Below are positions 47,192 through 58,171 of a stretch of 64,000 bases of DNA, one piece after another (position 1 is the stretch's first letter; the number at the start of each line of letters is the position of its first letter). Origin of the DNA: Euryarchaeota archaeon UBA605 (GTDB lineage Archaea; Thermoplasmatota; Poseidoniia; Poseidoniales; Thalassarchaeaceae); the NCBI GenBank assembly GCA_002504905.1, contig DATY01000029.1:78306-142305 (forward strand), read 5' to 3'. Under the pieces are notes generated by a model that ran no database searches, was not told the origin of the DNA, and saw only the letters and a list, made by a program, of their open reading frames with translations. Made by a program: the position numbers and the translations under genes.

Positions 47192-48307
47192 TCACTGCGA
47201 GCCGGTGATTTTATTCATATTATCTAATAAATCATTATTATCTGAAAAATGCTCAGAAATCGGCTTTAATACATCTGCTAATCCTTTGGCCACAGCCATT
47301 TTAGCATCAAAAGGGTGTACATTTCCTTCGTTAATTGCTGAAATAAGTGAATCGGTACTTTCCCAAGACGAAGGTTGGCCGAATTCAGGTTTAGGTTCAA
47401 TATTTAATCTACCAATTCTTGGTATTATTATGTATCTAATAATTTCATAAACAGCAGAATTATCATTACCTATTTCGAGGAATGCTTTACGTAACTTTTT
47501 CTCTAATTTTTTAGGAGTATCATGCAATAGAATCGCATTATTTGGGTCAGATTTAGACATTTTATGATCATATGAATCCATTCTACCACTAGCACCCTTA
47601 AGACCGGATAACATTGGAGTGTGTATACAAGTAGCTTTAGTCCATTTATTCCTATCTGCAACTTCCCTCATGTACATGTGAGCTTTTCGCTGATCCATTC
47701 CTCCAAGTGCTATATCAATTTCTAACTCAAAAATATCCGCAGATTGTAAAGCAGGATAGAAAAACGCTGATAAATCGTGATCTGATGAATCTTCATCCCG
47801 ACCCATGATACTGAATGTTCTCCTAACTCGAGATAAACTCATATTTTTTGAGCATCTCAATACTCTTTCCCAATATTTCCCAGAATCCATTATTTCAGAT
47901 GCTCGAATAAATCTTAATTGACCCGGACCATTTCCTTCTTCTGGAAAATTAAGTAAAACTCTGAAAACTTCAGACATATAATCAGCCGCTAGAGATATTT
48001 TCTCCATATCTCTTGAAAACTTATCATTTACCCATGCATGCCAATCAGCTAGTAAAACTGTAACGTTTACTTTCTCCGCAAGTAAATTTTCCATTGTTTC
48101 TGCTAAAACCATCCACCCAAGATGAGCTTTTCCACTTGGTTCTAAACCGATATATGCATTAATCTGATTATTGCCTGAATGACTTTTGCCTCCAGAAATA
48201 ATATTTTCAACATGTTCAATACCAATGATTTCTTCACAATTACTGAACATTCTGTTAATTCTTGAACGATCTTTATCATTAAGATTTGATAAAGGTTCTG
48301 AACTCAT
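47192..48307 (-). CDS. tyrS: Tyrosyl-tRNA synthetase (archaeal type)
   Basis: AYIGLEPSGKAHLG, ADWHAWVNDK, YPALQSADI, GGMDQRKAH, KMSKS. Confidence 0.95.
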   Translation of the reverse strand: MSSEPLSNLNDKDRSRINRMFSNCEEIIGIEHVENIISGGKSHSGNNQINAYIGLEPSGKAHLGWMVLAETMENLLAEKVNVTVLLADWHAWVNDKFSRDMEKISLAADYMSEVFRVLLNFPEEGNGPGQLRFIRASEIMDSGKYWERVLRCSKNMSLSRVRRTFSIMGRDEDSSDHDLSAFFYPALQSADIFELEIDIALGGMDQRKAHMYMREVADRNKWTKATCIHTPMLSGLKGASGRMDSYDHKMSKSDPNNAILLHDTPKKLEKKLRKAFLEIGNDNSAVYEIIRYIIIPRIGRLNIEPKPEFGQPSSWESTDSLISAINEGNVHPFDAKMAVAKGLADVLKPISEHFSDNNDLLDNMNKITGSQ

Positions 48308-48319
48308 TTAATCACCAAA

Positions 48320-48835
48320 TTATTTGAATAATTTATCTAATTTTTCACCGCGACCCGCTGCTCTAGTATTTTCACCTTCTTCCAAGGCTGCTTCAATCTC
48401 AGCAATCAATGCCTCTGCTTGAGATTTTTTCTCATCCGAAACATTACTTGACATCTTCATGAAATGTCTTGCTGAACTAACTGCGGATTTAGCCTTAGAA
48501 GCTTTTTTTGCCCATTCCTTTGCTTTATCACCGCGTTGCTTCGAATTATATCCAGTTGCCTCATCAAGAAATTGCGTCCATCTTTTACGGCTATCCTGTG
48601 CAATTTTCATGGCTTCTGGATCATCAAAATTAGGAGGTACATTCTTCACATCAATTACTAAAGCACCAGTTTCTGAAAAACTTCCCTCTATTGAAGTCAT
48701 AATATCATGAGAACCAGAAAAAGAGCCATCATCATTAGCCTCCACTTTCTCAAAATATTTACCAGCCAATACTGCTAAACCACCATCTGCATTAATTTGT
48801 TTCATCAATCCTCGCTTAACGTCGAATCTCTCCAT
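48320..48835 (-). CDS. Conserved archaeal protein (DUF5611-like) with helical C-terminal extension
   Basis: Starts MERFDVKRG; RWTQFLDEATGYNSKQR motif. Confidence 0.65.
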   Translation of the reverse strand: MERFDVKRGLMKQINADGGLAVLAGKYFEKVEANDDGSFSGSHDIMTSIEGSFSETGALVIDVKNVPPNFDDPEAMKIAQDSRKRWTQFLDEATGYNSKQRGDKAKEWAKKASKAKSAVSSARHFMKMSSNVSDEKKSQAEALIAEIEAALEEGENTRAAGRGEKLDKLFK

Positions 48836-48934
48836 AAGCCTAGCGCGAAGTAATTGCTTATTCAATACTACGAGAGAAAGATAACCACAGATGACAATAA
48901 ACAGGCCTAAACCTACATCCGTTTTCGCAAGACT

Positions 48935-50152
48935 ATGACTGCGTTGAGAACGGTTATTGTTGGGTTGATGACGACTTTAGTATTCGCATCACCTATTGTT
49001 GGTGCGGAATCAGCAGTAGAGCTTGATTCAGTTATTCATCTAAGTGAGGCCGATTTATCGATAAAAGGGATTGCAGAAAATCCAGAAGAAACAAAAATTC
49101 TAGTCTATGCTGAAGGAGGTTATGCCAGTATTATCTCATCAAAGAATCCTGGAAATGAACAAGTATTACTCGCTGCAAGTGACAATCAAACAATGAGGGA
49201 TGCTGATTGGCATCCAGGCGGAGGAACTGCATTTTTAGTTGGAGACGAAGGGATGATTCTTCGATATGCAGCAGATGATTTTTCCTTAACACAAGCCGGA
49301 GAAAAAATGAACTTCGGACAAACAGATTTAAATTCAGTTGCATGGAATACTGCCGGTTCATGGGCCTATGTTGGAGGTGATGATGGATGGTTATGGAGAA
49401 TTCGAGCAGAAGGTGATGGTGGACTTGATACTCATCTAATTGAAGGACGTGGAGAGGGAGACATATCAGATATTGATTGCCACGATGATATCATGCTTTG
49501 CGTGGTATCTTCAGTAACGGATGGAATTGGGATAATAGATAGAAATCATGTTCTCACTTGGATTGGAGGGAGTTTCTATCCATGGACAAGTGTCATTTGC
49601 CCTTCAAACTATTACTTATCTTGTGTATCAGTTTCCAGTAGTCAAGAAATGGGTTTAATTCAATTACATTCAACAAATGCTGTAGAAAGTCAATTATCAG
49701 TTAGCACTGTTAAAGGAGTTGAAGGGCAATTTACACATCTTAGTCATCAAGATGATGCTAGATCACTAATCGTAGTAGCACCATTTGCATTACTTGAGCA
49801 CGATGTTAGTAAAAATGCAACATTCCCATGGTTAGAAAATGGAGATGCACAAAAATTTGATATTGAAATTTCTGGTGAAAGAATAATTGGAACTTGGAAC
49901 TCTGGAGAAGATAGTGGATGGCTAATTACAAGTCGTGGCACTGTGATTGAGTTTCACTCTACAGAGAAAGGAAGTGAAATTGGAGTAATACTTGGAGGCA
50001 TTGTGGGCTTCTTAATTCCATTAACTATCGGATTGTTGATACTAACTTTAGTCTACACCGCTTCCCCCAGACTACAATATTGGATGACAATGAAGTTCGG
50101 AAATAAACAAGAAAAAAGAGATGCGAAGAGAAGAGGGAAAGGAAAAAGATAG
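48935..50152 (+). CDS. Secreted beta-propeller (WD40-like) protein with C-terminal TM anchor
   Basis: Signal peptide; DADWHPGG..AFLVGDEG and SVAWNTAG..AYVGGDDG blades; TM plus basic tail. Confidence 0.75.
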   Translation: MTALRTVIVGLMTTLVFASPIVGAESAVELDSVIHLSEADLSIKGIAENPEETKILVYAEGGYASIISSKNPGNEQVLLAASDNQTMRDADWHPGGGTAFLVGDEGMILRYAADDFSLTQAGEKMNFGQTDLNSVAWNTAGSWAYVGGDDGWLWRIRAEGDGGLDTHLIEGRGEGDISDIDCHDDIMLCVVSSVTDGIGIIDRNHVLTWIGGSFYPWTSVICPSNYYLSCVSVSSSQEMGLIQLHSTNAVESQLSVSTVKGVEGQFTHLSHQDDARSLIVVAPFALLEHDVSKNATFPWLENGDAQKFDIEISGERIIGTWNSGEDSGWLITSRGTVIEFHSTEKGSEIGVILGGIVGFLIPLTIGLLILTLVYTASPRLQYWMTMKFGNKQEKRDAKRRGKGKR

Positions 50153-50211
50153 GGTTAGATTTTGACTAGTCCAATCAGGAACATTCATGTGGCCTCTATT
50201 ATCGCCCGCAA

Positions 50212-51393
50212 ATGAGAATTATGGCATATGAGGCTCTAGACTTCTACGATGTTGACTCGTTATTGACTGAAGAAGAAAGAATGGTTCGAGACATGGTACG
50301 CGATTGGGTAGATGAAGAAGTCATTCCAAACATCGAAATTGCTTGTAGAGATGGAGTATTTCCAGATGAGTGGAGAGTTGCTTTAGGAGAAATGGGAGTA
50401 CTTGGTGCGCCCCTAAAAGGTTATGATTGCCCAGGACTTTCATATACCGCTTATGGTGTTATTTGCAGAGAATTAGAAAGAGGCGATAGTGGTCTTAGAT
50501 CTTTTGCTAGTGTCCAAGGTTCTCTTGCAATGTATCCAATATGGGATTTCGGTAGCGAAGAACAAAAAAATCACTATTTACCTAAAATGGCAAGTGGAGA
50601 ATGGATTGGCTGTTTTGGACTGACAGAACCAGATTATGGATCTAATCCTGGTGATATGATTACCAAAGCAGAAGATATGGGAGACCATTATCTTCTAAAT
50701 GGCGCGAAAATGTGGATAACTAATGGTTCAATTGCAGAACTTGCAATAGTTTGGGCGAAATTGGATGGAGTTATTCGAGGATTTATTGTTGAAAAGAATG
50801 ATCCAGGTTTTTCTGCTCCTGAGATGAAAGGTAAACATTCTCTAAAAGCTAGCGTAACAAGTGAATTAGTATTCCAAGATTGTAAAATTCCAAAAGATAG
50901 AATGCTTCCAGGAGTAAAAGGATTGAGAGGTCCTTTTTCCTGTCTAAATAATGCAAGATTTGGAATTTCCTGGGGAGCACTGGGTTCTGCTCAAGCATGT
51001 TTTGATTCTGCTAAAGATTATGCTATGAGTAGAATCCAATTTAATCATCCGATCGCATCATATCAATTAGTACAGAATAAATTATCTTGGATGTTAAGAG
51101 AAATCACGAAAGGGCAATTGTTAGCATACCATTTAGGGCAAAAGAAAGATGCTGGAACTTGGATTCCAGAGCATATTTCGCTGGCTAAAATGAATAATGT
51201 CGATATCGCTCTTGAAATTGCGAGAGTCGCAAGAGACATCCACGGAGCTAATGGAATATTAGATGAATATCCTATTATGAGGCATATGGCAAATTTAGAA
51301 TCAGTAAAAACATATGAAGGTACTCATGATATCCACAATCTAATTATTGGTAGACACATTACTGGAATCCAAGCATTTACCAGAGAAGCTTGA
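50212..51393 (+). CDS. gcdH: Glutaryl-CoA dehydrogenase-like acyl-CoA dehydrogenase
   Basis: RELERGDSGLRS, GCFGLTEPDYGSNP, CLNNARFG, HMANLESVKTYEGTHDIH, ITGIQAF. Confidence 0.9.
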   Translation: MRIMAYEALDFYDVDSLLTEEERMVRDMVRDWVDEEVIPNIEIACRDGVFPDEWRVALGEMGVLGAPLKGYDCPGLSYTAYGVICRELERGDSGLRSFASVQGSLAMYPIWDFGSEEQKNHYLPKMASGEWIGCFGLTEPDYGSNPGDMITKAEDMGDHYLLNGAKMWITNGSIAELAIVWAKLDGVIRGFIVEKNDPGFSAPEMKGKHSLKASVTSELVFQDCKIPKDRMLPGVKGLRGPFSCLNNARFGISWGALGSAQACFDSAKDYAMSRIQFNHPIASYQLVQNKLSWMLREITKGQLLAYHLGQKKDAGTWIPEHISLAKMNNVDIALEIARVARDIHGANGILDEYPIMRHMANLESVKTYEGTHDIHNLIIGRHITGIQAFTREA

Positions 51394-51432
51394 AACATAC
51401 TATAAAATTGATAAAAAAAAAGAGGGGAAAAA

Positions 51433-52188
51433 ATGAACATAACTGTACTGCTAAAACAAGTCCCAGACACAACAGCAAAAATTACTATCTCAAATGGGAA
51501 AGTTGATGAGAACTCAGTAAGTAAGTGGTCAATGAGTCCTTACGATGAGTATGCTCTAGAATCCGGACTTCAATTAAAAGAAGCAACTGGAGGGAATCTT
51601 GTAGCGATAACTTGCGGCCCTGAAAGAACAAAAAAAATGCTCACCGATGCCGCTGCTGTTGGTGCTGATACTCTTGTTCATATCTCAGATGACGGAGTCA
51701 CCGATAGTACTCATGTCCAACAATTACTAGCAGCTGCTGTAAAAAAATATGACTCTCATGTAGTGTTATGCGGCAAACAAGCAGCAGATACCAACGCTGG
51801 TTCAACTGGACCGGGGGTTGCTGAATTAATTGATGCTGCATGCATTACTTTGGTTTCAGAAGTAAATCATTCTGAAGGTAATTTTTTGACAATTAGGCCA
51901 AGTAATTCAGGAACAGAGAAAGTAATGGTTTCCGGGCTCAGTGTTTTCGCATTTGATAAAGGTACATCAGAACTTAGGCGGCCTAATGTTAGAGGAATAA
52001 TGATGGCTAAAAAGAAGCCTATTGAGGCAATATCATCTAGCGATTTGGGAGTCAATTTAAGTTCTTCAAATGTAAAGTTGAATTCTCAAAACCCTCCTCC
52101 GGAAAAGCCCGCAGGGCAGAAATTTGAAGGAGCAGAGCATATCAATGAAGTAGTATCAAAATTAAGAAACGAGGCAAATGTAATTTGA
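51433..52188 (+). CDS. etfB: Electron transfer flavoprotein beta subunit
   Basis: KQVPD, PYDEYALE, CGKQAAD, IMMAKKK. Confidence 0.95.
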   Translation: MNITVLLKQVPDTTAKITISNGKVDENSVSKWSMSPYDEYALESGLQLKEATGGNLVAITCGPERTKKMLTDAAAVGADTLVHISDDGVTDSTHVQQLLAAAVKKYDSHVVLCGKQAADTNAGSTGPGVAELIDAACITLVSEVNHSEGNFLTIRPSNSGTEKVMVSGLSVFAFDKGTSELRRPNVRGIMMAKKKPIEAISSSDLGVNLSSSNVKLNSQNPPPEKPAGQKFEGAEHINEVVSKLRNEANVI

Positions 52189-52197
52189 GGTGGAAAA

Positions 52198-53115
52198 ATG
52201 AACTTTACAATAATAGCAGAAACTAATGGTGATGCACTTCACCCAACTACATACCAACTTGTAAGAGCAGCGGCTAATATGGGCTCTAATTCAACTGTAA
52301 TTTGTCCAAATGGAATTGGAGCTGATGAAGCAGCAAAAATTAATGGAGTAGACAAAGTAATTTCAGCAACTGGAGATTGCTTCAATATCTTTGATGGTGG
52401 AGCATGGGCATCCGCTATATCTCCAATTTGTGGAGATATAACCTTAATCTCTGCATCACCTAATGGTAGAGAGATAGGTTCTAGAATTGCAGCGATAAAA
52501 GATATACCAATTATACAAGATATAGTGTCAATGACTGAAGGAGTTACGGTTACTAGGCCAATTTATTCAGGTAAAGCTATGGAATCATTGACAATTTCTG
52601 GGAATGCTGTAATCACATTAAGACCAAATGCCTTTGAAGCAGCGTTGACGGGAAATGATGCCCCAATAAGTGTCGTAAATCAATCAGCAGACGTAAAGAT
52701 TGCAATTCAAGAAGCGATCGATAAAGCAAGTGAGAGATTAGATGTTACTGAGGCAGATATTATTATTTCAGGAGGAAGAGGGATGGGCACAATTGATAAT
52801 TTCTCTCATCTGGAAGAAATTGCAGATACAATTGGAGCAGCAGTTGGAGCAAGTAGAGCGGTAGTTGATGAATGGGGTATGCCTCACAGAATGCAAGTTG
52901 GACAGACCGGAAAAACAGTAACTCCATCGCTTTATATCGCTGTAGGAATTTCTGGAGCTATACAACATCTAGCAGGAATGAGATCTAGCAAATATATTTT
53001 GGCTATAAATAAAGATCCTGATGCACCAATTTTTGCTGTTGCAGATTACGGTGTAGTTGCAACATGGGAAGAGGCAATCCCTGCACTAAAAACCGCTCTT
53101 TCAGAGTTACAGTAA
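52198..53115 (+). CDS. etfA: Electron transfer flavoprotein alpha subunit
   Basis: ISGGRG, GASRAVVD, QVGQTGK, GISGAIQHLAGM, INKDPDAPIF. Confidence 0.95.
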   Translation: MNFTIIAETNGDALHPTTYQLVRAAANMGSNSTVICPNGIGADEAAKINGVDKVISATGDCFNIFDGGAWASAISPICGDITLISASPNGREIGSRIAAIKDIPIIQDIVSMTEGVTVTRPIYSGKAMESLTISGNAVITLRPNAFEAALTGNDAPISVVNQSADVKIAIQEAIDKASERLDVTEADIIISGGRGMGTIDNFSHLEEIADTIGAAVGASRAVVDEWGMPHRMQVGQTGKTVTPSLYIAVGISGAIQHLAGMRSSKYILAINKDPDAPIFAVADYGVVATWEEAIPALKTALSELQ

Positions 53116-53160
53116 TAATTTGTTGCAATGCGTTAAATTAAGATACCGCTTCGAAAGGTC

Positions 53161-53799
53161 ATGGAATCTAATGTATTCGAAGATGGAACAGTCCGATTGG
53201 TTGTTGCTTCGGCAATGATTCTTGGAATATTAATTGGGTTAAGTCTCGCAGATATTGTTTTTGATGATTATCAAACAGGCTTGGCAGATAAAGATGGAGA
53301 CAATGTTCCAGATATCTCTGATTTAGAACCTAATGGGGATGCTGGAATCAGATTCACATTAGTAGAAATCATTCATCAGGAATTAGAATCGGATGCCAAT
53401 ATCACACTAGTATTGGGTTACAATGACAATGGAGACAGTGAAGGGAAGTTAAATGGGCAAGTCTGTGTTCTAAATCTCACAATTAAAGAGAATACAACTG
53501 TCACTAGACCATCACATAATTGTATTTTTCAAGTAGCAGATTATGCGCTAAGATCTGTGTCATTTGAATACAGAATGTTCGAAGAGAAAATAATTAACCA
53601 TGAAATAATTAGAGAAAATTGGGATATTTTCGCTGGAAATGATAATGAAAACCCGTGGGGAACGAATACTACTGTAGATCCAGCATTTCTATCAGTAGGA
53701 AGTACAATATTGTTGGACGGAATGTCGGATAGTGACGAATGGGAGAAGAATGCTAGAGTTATTTGGTATACTAATAGTGTTGAAATTTTCGCAGATTAA
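53161..53799 (+). CDS. Hypothetical membrane-anchored protein with DxDxD Ca-binding-like motif
   Basis: N-terminal TM; DKDGDNVPD. Confidence 0.65.
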   Translation: MESNVFEDGTVRLVVASAMILGILIGLSLADIVFDDYQTGLADKDGDNVPDISDLEPNGDAGIRFTLVEIIHQELESDANITLVLGYNDNGDSEGKLNGQVCVLNLTIKENTTVTRPSHNCIFQVADYALRSVSFEYRMFEEKIINHEIIRENWDIFAGNDNENPWGTNTTVDPAFLSVGSTILLDGMSDSDEWEKNARVIWYTNSVEIFAD

Positions 53800-55280
53800 A
53801 TAACCTGAATTGTTAAACTTGCCTTGGATGAAGCGCCTCTATCATCCACAACGGTGAGATAAAAAATATGTACGCCTGTTGATAATTTCACATTTACTAG
53901 AGAATTATTTGAAATGACTTTACCTGAATCATTCTCCCATGACCAACTCTTAATGGTTCCATCAGGATCATAGGATTTACTACCATCAAGTAAGACCATG
54001 GTTGTACCATCTGAATCAGAATTTACAGTTTTATCTTCACCTACATCAACAACTGGAGGTAAATTTAGTGATTTAGCCGATTGTGATAAATCTTCTAATA
54101 TATCGACCTCAATAATTGGAGGAGAGGTTTCAATCTCTAATTCTTCATCTAATGCTTCAAGAATTTCTGATGAGTTTGACGGTAATAATGGTTTCATGTA
54201 TGATGCTTGTTCTTCTTCTGGCGATAAGGCTCCAGAATATTTAGAATCGAAACTTTCTTCTTTGAAATCATAATCATCAGAAATAATCTTAGAATCCGGA
54301 TCTATTATGAAGATAGGGGTAGGAATATCCATCTTCTTATCATCACCCAAAATACCAACTCTAGAATCTCCCATTGATACTATATTCTCTACTATTCCAA
54401 TATGTTCAACTCTCCAAATTATTTTTCCTTGCATATCTAATCTGTAAATGTCAAACCAAGATGCTACGAGTATATCTTGTTTCCAAGGAAAAATCTGCTT
54501 AATTGAATAGTCAAACTTACATAAATGATTATATCTCTTAGATTTAATTTCTAGTTCTAACAGTTCCCCATTAAAGCAGCCCAAGATTACTCCTTTCTCC
54601 GTAGAATTAATACAATTAACCAAACTTTCCACTTCACAACTGTGTATCATCCCTTTCTTAACACTCCAACACTCTATTCTATTTTCAGGCCGATCATCAA
54701 TGGTCATTCCGAGCGAATTACGTGCAACAACGAGAATTTCTCCAGGTCGAAATATCATAGCAGAAATAGTTTCAATGTCATCAACTGTAGCTACTGATTT
54801 TCTTATCTCTTCTCCGTAAGAATTTACCATTATGAAATCTCCGTTTTCTAGAGCAATTGCTGAGATATCTCCATTTTTATTACTACAAAGATGAGTTATC
54901 TGTCCAAACTCTCTTTCCCATAATAATTGTCCATCAGAATTAAATTTAAATAAATTACCGGAACTATCTGCAACTAAAAAATAAGAACCGGATAAAGAAA
55001 TTTTATCGCATCCAGATTCTAATTCATGTTTCCAAATTATTCCTTCGGAATATGCACATATACCAGATATACTAGAACCTACAATTAACTTATCTTCAAT
55101 TTCGAATAATCCGATAATTTCTCCTTCAAGATTAAATGATTCTTCGATAATCCCATTGGAAGAAAGAATACTTACGACACCTGTTTTACTACCTACAGCT
55201 AAATTCCCATCTGACATTTCAAAAGCAGCTGTAAGGATACCGCCAATTTCGACAGAATTGAGTATCTCAATGGAATCCAT
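53796..55280 (-). CDS. PQQ-like beta-propeller protein with C-terminal PKD domain
   Basis: G.IIW/G.LLW blades; LDGSKSYDPDGTIKSWSW...LTVVDDRG PKD motif. Confidence 0.78.
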   Translation of the reverse strand: MDSIEILNSVEIGGILTAAFEMSDGNLAVGSKTGVVSILSSNGIIEESFNLEGEIIGLFEIEDKLIVGSSISGICAYSEGIIWKHELESGCDKISLSGSYFLVADSSGNLFKFNSDGQLLWEREFGQITHLCSNKNGDISAIALENGDFIMVNSYGEEIRKSVATVDDIETISAMIFRPGEILVVARNSLGMTIDDRPENRIECWSVKKGMIHSCEVESLVNCINSTEKGVILGCFNGELLELEIKSKRYNHLCKFDYSIKQIFPWKQDILVASWFDIYRLDMQGKIIWRVEHIGIVENIVSMGDSRVGILGDDKKMDIPTPIFIIDPDSKIISDDYDFKEESFDSKYSGALSPEEEQASYMKPLLPSNSSEILEALDEELEIETSPPIIEVDILEDLSQSAKSLNLPPVVDVGEDKTVNSDSDGTTMVLLDGSKSYDPDGTIKSWSWENDSGKVISNNSLVNVKLSTGVHIFYLTVVDDRGASSKASLTIQVI

Positions 55281-55326
55281 GAATATACTAGATGCCCGTT
55301 ACCTATCATTCTAACTGGGAAATGTG

Positions 55327-56829
55327 TTAAGCAGATGCTGATTTTTTCGCTTTGTCATTTCTTGATTGCTCGATCTTATTAAGATAATCTTCTGTAATTC
55401 CACCAGTCACATAAACCCCATCAAAACATGAACAATCGAATGTTGCAACATTATTTTTACCTGCACCTAAACAAGCCTCTACCAAATCATCTAGATCCTG
55501 ATATATCATCCAATCAGCACCTATAGCGGTACATATCTCGGAAATTTCCCTATTATATGCGACATATTCATTTTTCGCCGGCATATCAATTCCATATACA
55601 TTAGGATGTATTATCGGAGGTGCAGCAGACGCAAAGAAAACTTTCTTGGCACCTGCATTTCTAGCCATCTCAACTATTCTTTTCGAAGTATTTCCTCTAA
55701 CAATACTATCATCGACAATTAGGACAGTTTTTCCTGAAAACTCACTAGGAATTGTATTGAGTTTTTTGCGGACTGAATCTTTCCTAACAGACTGGCCAGG
55801 CATAATAAAAGTACGTCCAATATATCTATTTTTTACAAAACCTTCACGGTAAGGAACTCCTAACTCTCTAGCTAATTCTAAGGCAGCTATGCAACCACTA
55901 TCTGGAACTGGAATTACAGCATCTATTCCATGTTGAGGATTCAGTTGTTCTATTCTACGGGCTAATGATGCACCCATTCGAAGACGAGCAGAATGAACAG
56001 ATATTCCGTCAATTATAGAATCAGGTCTTGCAAAGTAGACATGTTCGAAAATACATGGACGATATTGAGGCTCAGGATGACATTGGCGGGAATAGAAAGA
56101 ACCATCACACCTCACAACAATGGCTTCACCTGGCATTACGTCTCTTTCTAATTCAAAACCTAAAGCCATTAGTGCAGCACTTTCTGAAGAAAATGCTCTT
56201 TCAACAAATCCTTCAACATTTCTCACACCCATGCATAATGGCCTGATACCATTAGGGTCTCTGAAAGCAATTATACCCCAGCCAGTAATTGAAGAGACCA
56301 CACTGTAACTTCCCTCAGCCCTCATATGTGTCCTTTCAATGGCTCTAAAAACATCTTCATGATCTAAAGCATCCATCCCTCCAGGTCTTCCATTGAGTGA
56401 TCTTTGAACTTCAGCAGCTAGTAAATTTAGTAATGCTTCGGAATCAGAACTAGTATTAATTCTCCTATGATCATATTCTAACAAGCTAGAAAGTATTTCT
56501 TCAGTATTATTGAGATTGCCGTTGTGAGCCAAACTAACGCCAAATGGTGTATTTGTGTAAAATGGTTGAGCCTCAGCCACAGACGAACTACCAGCTGTTG
56601 GATATCGTACATGACCAATGCCTGCAGAACCCTTTAGAGATTTCATATGTCTCTCTTTGAAAATATCTCTAACGTACCCATTCGCTCTTCTATGATATAA
56701 ATTCTCATTATCGAAGGTAACAATTCCTGCAGCATCTTGGCCGCGATGCTGCAGAACTAATAACCCATCATAAATATCCGAAGCAACTGAATATTCTGGA
56801 TTCCCAACAATCCCAATAATTCCGCACAT
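55327..56829 (-). CDS. purF: Amidophosphoribosyltransferase
   Basis: MCGIIG, LQHRGQD, GHVRYPT, HNGN, CIFEHVYFARPDS, VDDSIVRG. Confidence 0.97.
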   Translation of the reverse strand: MCGIIGIVGNPEYSVASDIYDGLLVLQHRGQDAAGIVTFDNENLYHRRANGYVRDIFKERHMKSLKGSAGIGHVRYPTAGSSSVAEAQPFYTNTPFGVSLAHNGNLNNTEEILSSLLEYDHRRINTSSDSEALLNLLAAEVQRSLNGRPGGMDALDHEDVFRAIERTHMRAEGSYSVVSSITGWGIIAFRDPNGIRPLCMGVRNVEGFVERAFSSESAALMALGFELERDVMPGEAIVVRCDGSFYSRQCHPEPQYRPCIFEHVYFARPDSIIDGISVHSARLRMGASLARRIEQLNPQHGIDAVIPVPDSGCIAALELARELGVPYREGFVKNRYIGRTFIMPGQSVRKDSVRKKLNTIPSEFSGKTVLIVDDSIVRGNTSKRIVEMARNAGAKKVFFASAAPPIIHPNVYGIDMPAKNEYVAYNREISEICTAIGADWMIYQDLDDLVEACLGAGKNNVATFDCSCFDGVYVTGGITEDYLNKIEQSRNDKAKKSASA

Positions 56830-56886
56830 AAGAACAAACCTCGCTAAGTTGTAAGGGTCTTAGCACTTTGCTATTTGGAACTTGGT

Positions 56887-57069
56887 TTATTTGCTACCCA
56901 TGGAACGATTTCTTTTACTCCATTGGTACTTGCGCATGCGTGAACTTGCTCCATATCCGCAGGATGAACATACGCCTTTTTGTTTGTGATAAGAATGACG
57001 GCCACATCGACGACAACGAATGTGAGTCGACTTTTGTCTCTTACCCATGCTTGGAGTACCTTTGGACAT
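56887..57069 (-). CDS. rpl37e: 50S ribosomal protein L37e
   Basis: [11 protein letters not shown]...[13 protein letters not shown]...CSSCGYG. Confidence 0.97.
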   Translation of the reverse strand: MSKGTPSMGKRQKSTHIRCRRCGRHSYHKQKGVCSSCGYGASSRMRKYQWSKRNRSMGSK

Positions 57070-57093
57070 GATAACACCTATTTGATAGCGCGG

Positions 57094-57114
57094 CGACTTA
57101 CCGACTTGTTATGA
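57094..57114 (-). promoter_or_regulatory. Putative rpl37e promoter (TCATA-N8-GTAAGTCG)
   Basis: Motif and spacing shared with rpoE1 and rpl44e upstream regions. Confidence 0.55.
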
Positions 57115-57153
57115 GAGTTACCCTTGAGAGGATTAGTCAAATTACTGTAGTTT

Positions 57154-57495
57154 TTATTCAGTCGCATCTAGCAAATCATCGAATGGACGCTTTCTAAAAG
57201 AAGCTCTGAATAGGAAATAAATCATTAAAATATACAATAATGGAATTATTACAAGGAGCCCTAACATACCCTCTACCAAAGAAAAACGAATTGCATCTAC
57301 AATAGTTTCTACATCATCATTTAATGAACTCACAATCATTGCCGAAATGAATATCATCAAACTTTGAATTATTATGGGGATGGTTGGTTTACTGTAGGGA
57401 TGTAAAGAGAACAGTTGAAAAATAATTAGTGAAAAATTGACCAATATGAAACCTCCAAAAGTATAGAAAAGAATTTCTAATAATGTCGAGTTCAT
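57154..57495 (-). CDS. Hypothetical three-TM membrane protein
   Basis: Hydrophobic 113-aa ORF; ATGA overlap with the upstream gene. Confidence 0.65.
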   Translation of the reverse strand: MNSTLLEILFYTFGGFILVNFSLIIFQLFSLHPYSKPTIPIIIQSLMIFISAMIVSSLNDDVETIVDAIRFSLVEGMLGLLVIIPLLYILMIYFLFRASFRKRPFDDLLDATE

Positions 57496-58028
57496 TTTTC
57501 ATCAACTCCGATATTAGCTGAAATAATTTTTTTGACAAATATTATTTCTTCTTCGGTCAAATCAGGTGCTGGATCTTCTAGAGGAATTCTATTTTCAACA
57601 AATCTAACCAATAATATGAAAAATAATAATGAAATTATTCCACCTAATGCTGAGAATATTGCCATTAAAATGAAATTATCTGGTAGTTCATAGTATTCTA
57701 GATTTAGGTAAAAAGAAATTAGAATAATTGACCACCCAATAATCAACTGCGGAGGATGGGATTTCCAATAAATTGGTGAACCTCTAAGAACAAGAAAACA
57801 TCCTATTGAACAAACAAAGAACCACGGTGCAAAACCGCGTAAGTATCCTAGTAATTCTTCCTCTGGATTTTCTACAGGAAAATTATTGAAAGCTAGTAGT
57901 GAGATTCCAGCCATTATAATAGGGACGGCAAATTTATTTCTGGAAAAGGAAGGACCCATTCTAGCGAATGTAATACCGACTAATAATAAGAAAAAGGCGA
58001 GCCAAATCATCATGGAGCCGAAAATCAC
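57492..58028 (-). CDS. Hypothetical multi-pass membrane protein; start uncertain
   Basis: About 5 hydrophobic segments. Confidence 0.65.
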   Translation of the reverse strand: MIFGSMMIWLAFFLLLVGITFARMGPSFSRNKFAVPIIMAGISLLAFNNFPVENPEEELLGYLRGFAPWFFVCSIGCFLVLRGSPIYWKSHPPQLIIGWSIILISFYLNLEYYELPDNFILMAIFSALGGIISLLFFILLVRFVENRIPLEDPAPDLTEEEIIFVKKIISANIGVDEK

Positions 58029-58118
58029 GTTATTGCCTAATAGTCTCTACTTCATCTATGTTTTTTAATTAAAATCACTAATTCATGGTTTTCATCGCCA
58101 AAGATTGCGCGACAGAGT

Positions 58119-58139
58119 TCATATACGGGTCGTCAGTCG
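58119..58139 (+). promoter_or_regulatory. Putative promoter of the rpl44e operon (TCATA-N8-GTCAGTCG)
   Basis: Motif and spacing shared with rpoE1 and rpl37e upstream regions. Confidence 0.55.
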
Positions 58140-58171
58140 CCCGCATCGTCGTAAGACGCTGAGGTGCTAAA